64,000 bases of DNA from a virus. Lineage: Duplodnaviria > Caudoviricetes. How positions within the stretch are numbered: position 1 is the first letter of the stretch; every line of letters begins with the position of its first letter. A model generated the notes under the pieces. The model saw only the letters and a list, made by a program, of their open reading frames with translations. It made no database searches and was not told the DNA's origin. The stretch spans positions 32,001 through 96,000 of the IMG/VR virus record IMGVR_UViG_3300028591_000011. One strand, 5' to 3'. Position numbers and translations under genes: made by a program. Below, piece by piece: positions 57,248-64,000 of this stretch.

Positions 57248-57300
57248 TGGACCTGGAGGGTATGTCTCCCTCGTCCAAACAGCTTACCTCATACACGCTA
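57248..57300 (-). ncRNA. ssrA: Permuted tmRNA, acceptor piece (5' boundary uncertain)
   Basis: ...AGCGTGTAT...GCTGTTT-GGAC-GAGGG-AGACATA-CCCTC-CAGGTCC-A. CAGGTCC pairs with GGGCCTG, giving G3:U70 and discriminator A. Confidence 0.85.
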
Positions 57301-57309
57301 AGATTGGAA

Positions 57310-57430
57310 AAGAATGAGAGGTGGTATTTCCTACTGATTTATAGAAGGCAATAGAGTGCCATTAACCTTCAACAGCAGCCTCGCCCCAGCACTCTCTGGT
57401 CTGACCCACTACGGCTCTTCTCTCATTCTT
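57310..57430 (-). ncRNA. Candidate structured RNA closed by an 11-bp stem, with possible pseudoknot
   Basis: AAGAATGAGAG/CTCTCATTCTT closing stem; internal AGAGTGC/GCACTCT, GAAGG/CCTTC and AGCC/GGCT pairings that cross. Confidence 0.5.
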
Positions 57431-57698
57431 TATATTTTTCTTAGTCCAACAGTTTATTCTGGGACACGCTAAGATTTCTTTAGAGATGAATGCTTGTGAC
57501 AAATTCTGAATATAACATTGTTAATATTCTATAGCATTCAATAGTGAACTCTACAATGATCAGTCGTAGAATTCGATTTAAGGCTATTTACAGGCTCTAC
57601 AATCGCTTATTACAGCTTTTGTGGTCAGCTAATCCACTCAAGTACATAAAAACGATTGTAGAGCTTTATTTGGCCTTCAAAACAAACAGTGATACAAT

Positions 57699-57991
57699 GG
57701 CTCTAATAGGCTCTTGTGTATATGTTTCCAGCATTCTTGATATACTGTGCAGGTTTAACTCTCATATTATTTACCCGGCTCTAATAGGCTCAAACACAGC
57801 AATGTGATCTAAATGGGATATAGTTTATTCTCCGTATCTTCAGAGCTCGACATCCGAACTGGCTCTAATAGGCTCTTGTTCGACATGTTAATTCATGTGC
57901 CCGAGATAACCCCATCTCTCGACTTTAAAATACGTAATATTCGTAGTCCCTATGGATCCGTGATCTCATTCCTATTGGCTCTAATAGGCTC
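57699..57991 (-). repeat. Array of four exact GAGCCTATTAGAGCC 15-mers in non-coding DNA
   Basis: Plus-strand ggctctaataggctc at 57699, 57777, 57861 and 57977. Confidence 0.9.
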
Positions 57992-58027
57992 TTAAGGATG
58001 GATGTCGAATTTATACGTCTGTACGGA

Positions 58028-58504
58028 TTACCAGCGAGAATCCCACTCATAAGAGTAATAGCCCGGGAAGCCCTCACGCAGCTCGCGTACCTGCTTGTCA
58101 AACTTCTCGTTACTCTTGTTTATGGCCTCACGCTCTTCCTTACAGATCTTCTTCCATTCGGCTTCGTACTCGTTGGGGGTAAGCTTGCTCGAAGTAAGCT
58201 TATCCAACAACTCCTTGGAAGCATCCAATGAAGCCTTCATGGCATGCTCCTCACGACGATTCTTATTGAACAGAAGCTTCTTCTTCAGGTTGATATACCT
58301 CGCCATATTCTTACAGCGGCGGTACTCACGAATCTTCCGTTCTTTCTCTTCCTCCTCGTCCTTGAGGTCGCCGAGTGCGGCAATATCCTCATCAATGAGG
58401 TTACCTTTTCGGATCTCTTCCTCTACAGAAAGATCCTCGTTTACTACTTGAGCCTGTGCTGATACACGCTCCTCGGCTGACTTGTTTTTCTTGTCTTTTC
58501 CCAT
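58028..58504 (-). CDS. Charged coiled-coil hypothetical protein
   Basis: 158 aa; CATTATCAAAATT-ATG leader. Confidence 0.75.
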   Translation of the reverse strand: MGKDKKNKSAEERVSAQAQVVNEDLSVEEEIRKGNLIDEDIAALGDLKDEEEEKERKIREYRRCKNMARYINLKKKLLFNKNRREEHAMKASLDASKELLDKLTSSKLTPNEYEAEWKKICKEEREAINKSNEKFDKQVRELREGFPGYYSYEWDSRW

Positions 58505-58556
58505 AATTTTGATAATGTTTATTGGTTAATACTTGTGCAATTGATTTGCACGTTGA

Positions 58557-58670
58557 CTATTTGTATTCTTTGTCTAAATCTTTCATCGAATACTTTTCCC
58601 GCTTGTATGGAATTGCATTTTTGTGTCGTGCTTTTTCTTGCGGGGGAATGAAGCGTCTTGTTTTACACAT
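58557..58670 (-). CDS. Small basic protein, 37 aa
   Basis: MCKTRRFIPPQEKARHKNAIPYKREKYSMKDLDKEYK*. TAATG coupling to the upstream stop; TAG stop. Confidence 0.5.
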   Translation of the reverse strand: MCKTRRFIPPQEKARHKNAIPYKREKYSMKDLDKEYK

Positions 58671-59152
58671 TATTTTGCATGTATTACCATGTATCCGATT
58701 CTAGAGATTGCTTCAAGAATTCTATCGGAGATGCGATATTTTGCGCGGATTTCTGTCCTAATGTTCCATGTGGATTTATCAGACAGGATTTTAATGGCGT
58801 TTATCATCTCTTCATCTGCTCCAGTAAACGATACCGATGCTACGTATGCACTAAAATGTGCAACGAATGCATCATATCTAGTACTAGTACCACCTAGCTC
58901 TAGATCATCCCAGAATTTTGTAGCAATATAAATAATTGCATTTTCTTCTGGTGTATACGAATTCTGAAGTTCTGGAGATGAGAAATGCATTGTTGATAAT
59001 CTTGCTGCAATCTCTTCTTCGTTTAATGCAATAACAGAAGCTTTTGTGTTTGCTTCACCAAATTGCTTCAATACATTTTTTAATTGCTGTATATGGTTGT
59101 CATTAGGACATGCACCATGATACAGGATTACTAACGCGCGGAGTTCACTCAT
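58670..59152 (-). CDS. Hypothetical protein
   Basis: 160-aa ORF overlapping the upstream gene end. Confidence 0.7.
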   Translation of the reverse strand: MSELRALVILYHGACPNDNHIQQLKNVLKQFGEANTKASVIALNEEEIAARLSTMHFSSPELQNSYTPEENAIIYIATKFWDDLELGGTSTRYDAFVAHFSAYVASVSFTGADEEMINAIKILSDKSTWNIRTEIRAKYRISDRILEAISRIGYMVIHAK

Positions 59153-59696
59153 TGTATTCTACTAGTTTTGTTTCTATTCTGTATTTTTTGCCTTCAATAA
59201 TAGTATCTCGTAGATTTACAGAGAGTGTAGTCTCTTTAGGTATTTCAACCCTTGTAACACGTGGTCCCTCCAGCACCGTATCCTTCTTTTCAGCTATGTC
59301 TATACTTCGTGGGAGAGCTGTATAAATGTCGATATTTTTTGTATATTCTGTTACTAAATCTCGTCGCTTTATACTAGGTCCACGCTTTAAACACACTGAC
59401 GCTACGTTTCTGATAGTTTCATCATCCATTGACATGAATACACTGTCAATACGAGCGTTCTCGTTTTTGCATTTCCTATACTGTAGGATTTGCGATGTGG
59501 ATGTGAACTCAGGGTTGATGATGTGATCTACGTACTCGGCGAAGAGTACGGAATCATTCTTGACAGTCTTTTCTGTTGACTGTCCAAATGGCAACAAGTG
59601 TCTGTCGCCTTTACATGATGAGCATAAGACGACACTCACCATGACCACAAGGAGCAAAACTAAATATGCTCCGATGATTGGAATTTTTCTTTTCAT
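59145..59696 (-). CDS. Putative lipoprotein / membrane-anchored protein
   Basis: Basic N-terminus and hydrophobic stretch ending VLCSSC (lipobox-like); CATTATCAAA-ATG leader. Confidence 0.65.
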   Translation of the reverse strand: MKRKIPIIGAYLVLLLVVMVSVVLCSSCKGDRHLLPFGQSTEKTVKNDSVLFAEYVDHIINPEFTSTSQILQYRKCKNENARIDSVFMSMDDETIRNVASVCLKRGPSIKRRDLVTEYTKNIDIYTALPRSIDIAEKKDTVLEGPRVTRVEIPKETTLSVNLRDTIIEGKKYRIETKLVEYNE

Positions 59697-59875
59697 TTTG
59701 ATAATGATTTAAATGTTAATAAATTAATTTATTTTTATGGGCTAGACCCAAAAGACATTCGTCTTAAAGTGTACTATCTTCGCAGACAATACACTCGTAT
59801 GCTGTTTTCACGGCCGAACGGAGGAGCAAGTAATTTCCTTTGAAAACCGATCTTCAGGGACAGCAATAACCCTTG

Positions 59876-60450
59876 TGATTCTTGCAGGACTCGAACCTGC
59901 GACCCACAGCTTCCTGCTACTCTATGTTACCATAGCCAACCCAAGAAACAAATACTACATACTCACCATAATTATGTATGCTGGATTATTTTCAGTAAGT
60001 TTCTTTTAACTGTTGTTGTAGTCTGGAATACATCTTTACCATATTGAAATTCTTGCAAGTAACAGCAACTTTTATATTCACTGGGTGTTTTTAATGACGT
60101 TCCCCACCTCGTCACATACATTACCGTAATTTCAACTTAGGTATCTCCTATATACTATCTACACATTTATGAGGCTAACTTGTTTTCCCAATCTTGACAA
60201 GCATTTGAAGGCATAGTCTCTCAATTTAGCACGGTATTATCCTTACACATTATTGGTTAGTGTGCAAATTATAATGTAAGTGCTTAAAGCTAAATGATAA
60301 CGCTTCCCTTAAATTTGCTTGGGGCACTTATCTTACTTACATATTTCAAAGGACTTCCACCGTTTTAGGGAGATTCTACCATGGGATTTCTCGCCATAGC
60401 ATCCAATTTTCATAGAAGGCTGTTGCTCTATCCAACTGAGCTAAAGAACC
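59876..60450 (-). tRNA. tRNA-Arg(TCT) interrupted by a group I intron (exons 60450..60414 and 59912..59876)
   Basis: Spliced sequence GGTTCTT-TA-GCTC-AGTTGGATA-GAGC-A-ACAGC-CTTCT^AA-GCTGT-GGGTC-GCAGG-TTCGAGT-CCTGC-AAGAATC-A forms a complete cloverleaf. Confidence 0.9.
59913..60413 (-). mobile_element. Group I intron (501 nt, IC3-like, no evident homing endonuclease ORF)
   Basis: 5' exon ends in U and the intron ends in G. P1 with GAAA loop and U:G pair; P3 ATCTCC/GGAGAT; P4 ACGGTG/TACCGT; P5 TCCTT/AAGGA; R GTAGATAGTA; S AAGATGTATTCC. Confidence 0.85.
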
Positions 60451-60523
60451 AATAACTCCCTACTCGACAAACCCTGTCTATTTCGCGCTGAGGGTGTCCC
60501 ACCAAACCTCCTCGGGAGTATAT

Positions 60524-60838
60524 TTATCTAATTCGTAGTGGAAAGCACGACAAATCAGATTTACGCATACATTTTGTACAAGCTTCACTTTTACAATAAC
60601 CACATGGTCTGAAGTGATTCATTGTTGCACAAAATACACATCTGTGAAATTGTATACATTTGTATCTATATAAAGATCGCATTCTGTATACTTTTCCATC
60701 AATCGTGATCAGTCTTCCAGCTGTCCACGTTCTTTGTTTTTCTTTTGCTTTTCTTCTTCTTACTTTTTTTCTTAAATTTCTTTTTCTACAACCAGTAAGT
60801 TTTTTGAAGCAGCAATTTTCTTTATTATAGTTTATCAT
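60524..60838 (-). CDS. Basic Cys-rich hypothetical protein (possible Zn-binder)
   Basis: CxxC clusters (CVFC, CGYC, CTKC). Confidence 0.55.
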   Translation of the reverse strand: MINYNKENCCFKKLTGCRKRNLRKKVRRRKAKEKQRTWTAGRLITIDGKVYRMRSLYRYKCIQFHRCVFCATMNHFRPCGYCKSEACTKCMRKSDLSCFPLRIR

Positions 60839-60860
60839 ATGATTATGAATTTACTATAAA

Positions 60861-60890
60861 AGTTAGAGGTGTTTCACAACACCCCTAACC
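60861..60890 (-). terminator. Putative intrinsic terminator
   Basis: GGTTAGGGGTGTT-GTGA-AACACCTCTAACT followed by a T-run on the minus strand. Confidence 0.55.
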
Positions 60891-61422
60891 ACGATAATCT
60901 GTAACCTTAAAAATACGTAATTAAACTTTTATTAATCATGTTGAAGATTATCGTATTAGATCCCGCAGTTGCACTTACGGCATACGTTAACAAACAGCAT
61001 CCTTACGCCAAAAGAGGTGCGACCTCTAGGGCTGTAGCTACGTGTGTCAGCAGTTTTCTGCGACATATTTCGACACGAGATTTCTGTTTACGACTGCGGG
61101 TTGTCCGATCTCACATTTATATACCGTTAAATGGTTAGTGAGATTAACGGAATGGACGGACTCGTTTTCATACCGATTTCCCTTCGGTACCACAAGGTTG
61201 GTTTACAGGTAGAGGACTCTGGCAAAGTCCACATTTCTATAAACCGTTGCAATTGCACCCTCTCCTCATTGGTTGTTGATCCTGTGGGCTAATTACCTTC
61301 ACAGTTTACACTACACTCTCCTAAATTAGTTAGAGAGTTCAACAACTGGCAGGCCTTGAGGTTTCCTACTATCTGGTGAGTTCTATGCAATTATTTGGAG
61401 TGTGGGACTAAGCCCACACCCC

Positions 61423-61614
61423 TTATACTTTTTGTAGGATGATACGATCACTGACACAATCTAATTTTTTTGTTTTAGATTTACTGTCCAATATACCCGG
61501 ACACAAAAAGAATGAATTTTCGAAGAAACATCCTTCACATCCGCAAATTCGTTTCTTTGCTCTAAGTACAGTACCGTGTATTGTACATAATTGTCCATTC
61601 TTTAAGTGCATCAT
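61423..61614 (-). CDS. Small Cys-rich protein
   Basis: CGCEGCFF...C...C pattern common in small proteins of Bacteroidota phages. Confidence 0.6.
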   Translation of the reverse strand: MMHLKNGQLCTIHGTVLRAKKRICGCEGCFFENSFFLCPGILDSKSKTKKLDCVSDRIILQKV

Positions 61615-62036
61615 AACAGTGGTTGTCTATGTATTAGACGGTCAATGAATATCCTTACGATCTTTTCTCTCAGTAGCGGTTGCATACCGATGTGTTCAAC
61701 AGTACACCACGCTTTCTTCCACCCATCTTGGGTGTAGAACATTACAACTTCAATTTGGTTGTTTAGAAGTTTTTTCCACGCTGGAGTAGCGATATGAGAT
61801 ATCACTATATCTCCGTGGAGTATTCTCTCCATAGCATCGTTCGATACGCATACTTGCGCAGTTTTTGGCTTGTATACGTATTTTCTGCCTAGCATAATAA
61901 CATTTTTTCCTCCAATATATTTTGCATATACATGGGAGGAATTAGCTACTTCTACTAGCATCCATTCGCCTATTGGTATTCCACTGATTGTCTTTTTGCG
62001 TATCAGTGTTCCTTTTGAAAATTCTCGTTTGCTCAT
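61611..62036 (-). CDS. Hypothetical protein
   Basis: 141 aa; ATGA overlaps with both neighbours. Confidence 0.7.
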   Translation of the reverse strand: MSKREFSKGTLIRKKTISGIPIGEWMLVEVANSSHVYAKYIGGKNVIMLGRKYVYKPKTAQVCVSNDAMERILHGDIVISHIATPAWKKLLNNQIEVVMFYTQDGWKKAWCTVEHIGMQPLLREKIVRIFIDRLIHRQPLL

Positions 62037-62389
62037 TTCCTTTTGTATTTGTTTTTATATCGAACAATTGATGTGATTTGTCCGTTACGGAAACGGATTC
62101 CGAGAGATGGTTTGATACCATTTTTCTTACACATATCTATATATGTTAAAACAGACTCTGATACAGGAATTAAGTCTGAAATATCATACGTAGAATCTGT
62201 GTATACAGCATACAGTTTGATTTTACCCGATTTTGTCTTTTGTGGGATAATCTTCTGTATACACTCATTGTGACATTTTATTGTATCACATTGAGCTTTA
62301 CAACAAACAGGCATTGCGAACAGGATTACTAATAATATTAACCCTATCCAGAATCCCGGGTCTAGAGGCTTATTGTTTGTAATTGTCAT
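62033..62389 (-). CDS. Membrane-anchored / secreted hypothetical protein
   Basis: FWIGLILLVILFAMPVCC hydrophobic segment. Confidence 0.7.
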   Translation of the reverse strand: MTITNNKPLDPGFWIGLILLVILFAMPVCCKAQCDTIKCHNECIQKIIPQKTKSGKIKLYAVYTDSTYDISDLIPVSESVLTYIDMCKKNGIKPSLGIRFRNGQITSIVRYKNKYKRK

Positions 62390-62402
62390 TTTGATGATTG
62401 TT

Positions 62403-62636
62403 TTAATGAGTCCATATTAGTCTTCCCTCTAACTTCGTGCCTAGGTCTGTGAGAATGTTCTCTAGTACATTTTGTACAACTTTTGCGCCATTCTCTGTAA
62501 GACCTTTTGCCAAGAGCATTGTAGAGTTGCCACTTTTAAAGTATACTCTACGCTTATCGTTCCCAGCTACGTCCACACGCTTCTTTTTTGGAAGCGGTGG
62601 ATGTAACTGGTTTTGTTTCTTAACTTTACTGTCCAT
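62403..62636 (-). CDS. Hypothetical protein
   Basis: 77-aa ORF overlapping the upstream gene end. Confidence 0.6.
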   Translation of the reverse strand: MDSKVKKQNQLHPPLPKKKRVDVAGNDKRRVYFKSGNSTMLLAKGLTENGAKVVQNVLENILTDLGTKLEGRLIWTH

Positions 62637-63129
62637 ATATCTGAATGAATGCGGTTAGTAGTTTCTTCATCAGGGTACCAGAGATACTACCAGGTGCAAA
62701 TCCATTCTTCCAGAAGGCCGTGTAGCTAACACCAAGAAGTTCATCGTCCTTAAAGTCTTCTAGCCAGGACTTGACGAATTCCATCTCTTCGTCCGTAGCT
62801 GATTCGACTACCTGTTTAGCTTCATCAATTGCGGCTTCTTCTTTAGCCGGAATCTCTAAGTTATTGATGATAGTACATACGTCAGTACAGTTGTCTTCGA
62901 AATCACTTAATTCATCAAACGTGACATCTAGACCCATCATTCTTGATAAACGCACATCTTCCCCTTCTTCGAGTTGTAGTTGGAAATCTTTGAGTGCTTC
63001 TTCTATGCGCGGTCTCAATTCTGGGTGATGCAGCTTTTCTTTGTCTACGTCTGTGATAATAGCTACTGCTTTGAGCGTGACATTGCTGCCTTTCTCATTT
63101 TTTCTTGCGATTTTTACAAATGGTTTCAT
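62626..63129 (-). CDS. Acidic hypothetical protein
   Basis: Start placed at ATG 63129 because of its CATTTATCAAAA-ATG leader. Confidence 0.7.
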   Translation of the reverse strand: MKPFVKIARKNEKGSNVTLKAVAIITDVDKEKLHHPELRPRIEEALKDFQLQLEEGEDVRLSRMMGLDVTFDELSDFEDNCTDVCTIINNLEIPAKEEAAIDEAKQVVESATDEEMEFVKSWLEDFKDDELLGVSYTAFWKNGFAPGSISGTLMKKLLTAFIQIYGQ

Positions 63130-63160
63130 TTTTGATAAATGTTTAGTGTTTGACACAAAC

Positions 63161-63394
63161 TTAGCCTATTGTGTCTTTAGGCGTTTTTGTTACAGGTGCA
63201 TCAGGAATATACACCTTGCGTGAAGAAGTGTCGGAACGATTTATGTTCCCAGTATTACAGCAACTATAGTTGCACAAAATAGCAATCACAGCCACTATTA
63301 TGGCTACAGTACACATATTTATAGTATACTTTAATTGCCTAGGAGAAGTGTTGAACAGTTTACTCACATGTTCAGGTGCGAGATGATTACGCAT
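63161..63394 (-). CDS. Small membrane / lipoprotein-like protein
   Basis: VAIIVAVIAILCNYSCC hydrophobic segment. Confidence 0.55.
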   Translation of the reverse strand: MRNHLAPEHVSKLFNTSPRQLKYTINMCTVAIIVAVIAILCNYSCCNTGNINRSDTSSRKVYIPDAPVTKTPKDTIG

Positions 63395-63598
63395 AATCTA
63401 CGGGAAGATTAATGACTCGTGTATGACCGGGCCACTTGGTTACTTCACGCACATATTTCCTATTCGCTATATTCATTGCATACTTATCATAAGTCATAAC
63501 CTACAAAAATAATGTTAGAATATAGACGAATGTAATCCCTGTAATCATTGCGAAATACAAAGGATGGCGCTGAGAGATTTGATACTTTTTCATACTGA

Positions 63599-63703
63599 TT
63601 AGTGTTGTAAGATTGCTGCTAACGCTATAAGTGCAATCAGCACGAATAGCATACTACATGTTACTAAAGCATACAATATCGCAGCGTATGTCTCTTTTTT
63701 CAT
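63599..63703 (-). CDS. Small hydrophobic protein, 34 aa
   Basis: MKKETYAAILYALVTCSMLFVLIALIALAAILQH*; ATGA overlap with the upstream gene. Confidence 0.5.
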   Translation of the reverse strand: MKKETYAAILYALVTCSMLFVLIALIALAAILQH

Positions 63704-63954
63704 ACGTATTCCCATTTTATTTCTAATTCAGGATACTGTATTATTTTCTCCCATTGTTCGGGAGTGATAGAAGACTCGTTTAAGAGTAGTGTTCCATAGA
63801 CATACTTACTTGCATGCCAATCATAATTCATCACTGAGTCCACAATATTTTTTGCTTCCAACAATGATTTACCTGTAGAATCTTTAATTGCCTTTACAAA
63901 TTGTAATTTGGTTGGACAATCCAAGATTGCAACACGTTTGTGATTCTCGTTCAT
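63700..63954 (-). CDS. Protein with ribosomal bL12 (L7/L12) C-terminal-domain-like motif
   Basis: KLQFVKAIKDSTGKSLLEAKNIVD matches the bL12 CTD pattern [24 protein letters not shown]. Confidence 0.7.
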   Translation of the reverse strand: MNENHKRVAILDCPTKLQFVKAIKDSTGKSLLEAKNIVDSVMNYDWHASKYVYGTLLLNESSITPEQWEKIIQYPELEIKWEYV

Positions 63955-64000
63955 ATGTTTGTTGTTTGAATTGATTTCTGACAAAATGCTGGTCTACGGG

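Noticed and set aside
57234-57296. Upstream GTG start of ORF 57072..57296
   Set aside because: It overlaps the tmRNA acceptor piece; ATG 57233 with an A-rich leader is more plausible.
57699-57991. CRISPR mini-array
   Set aside because: Repeats are only 15 nt, spacers are long and unequal (63-101 nt), there are no cas genes, and the same motif occurs singly at gene starts.
59740-59875. Theta (HDV-like) ribozyme in the tRNA-Arg 3' trailer
   Set aside because: I could not build the P1/P2/P3 nested double pseudoknot by eye; none was evident after tRNA-Ile2 either.
38584-63223. Plus-strand ORFs in the early arm (e.g. 48517..49158, 50040..50660, 42869..43366)
   Set aside because: They are antisense shadows of well-supported minus-strand genes, or short frames in non-coding regions, with no recognisable motifs.

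Overview
This window is part of a crAss-like (Crassvirales) phage genome with two convergent arms that meet at a terminator hairpin near 36.9 kb. The + arm (1-36886) is the late/virion module. It looks shredded in the standard-code ORF track because TAG is read as an amino acid (Gln, translation table 15). Read that way, the fragments join into tightly packed genes: ring/tail proteins, an auxiliary capsid-like protein, an Ig-domain protein, a holin, a spanin-like protein, an IHF-like protein, the muzzle/tail-stabilisation protein, two cargo proteins, a ~5524-aa virion RNA polymerase polyprotein (DFDVD catalytic motif, HEAWH zincin motif) and a ~1892-aa zincin-motif protein. The - arm (36915-63954) is the early/replication module in apparently standard code, with several genuine TAG stops. 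It holds PD-(D/E)XK nucleases, an AAA ATPase, primase, SSB, a Sak4-like ATPase, DnaB, a putative initiator, family B DNA polymerase, an ECF sigma factor, a bL12-CTD-like protein and many hypotheticals. The - arm is unusually rich in RNA-level features. (1) A circularly permuted, minimal two-piece tmRNA whose intervening segment holds a 53-codon ORF. (2) tRNA-Ile2(CAT) and a tRNA-Arg(TCT) split by a 501-nt group I intron. (3) Several anticodon-less tRNA 'top-half' mimics between genes. (4) A GAGCC-N5-GAGCC motif that abuts the start codons of three replication genes and is also arrayed in a structured non-coding locus, suggesting an operator plus sponge system. (5) A ~2.1-kb ORF-free structured region. 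No amber-suppressor tRNA, major capsid protein, portal, terminase or endolysin is visible in this window. All product calls come from motif recognition and synteny by eye; no searches were run.
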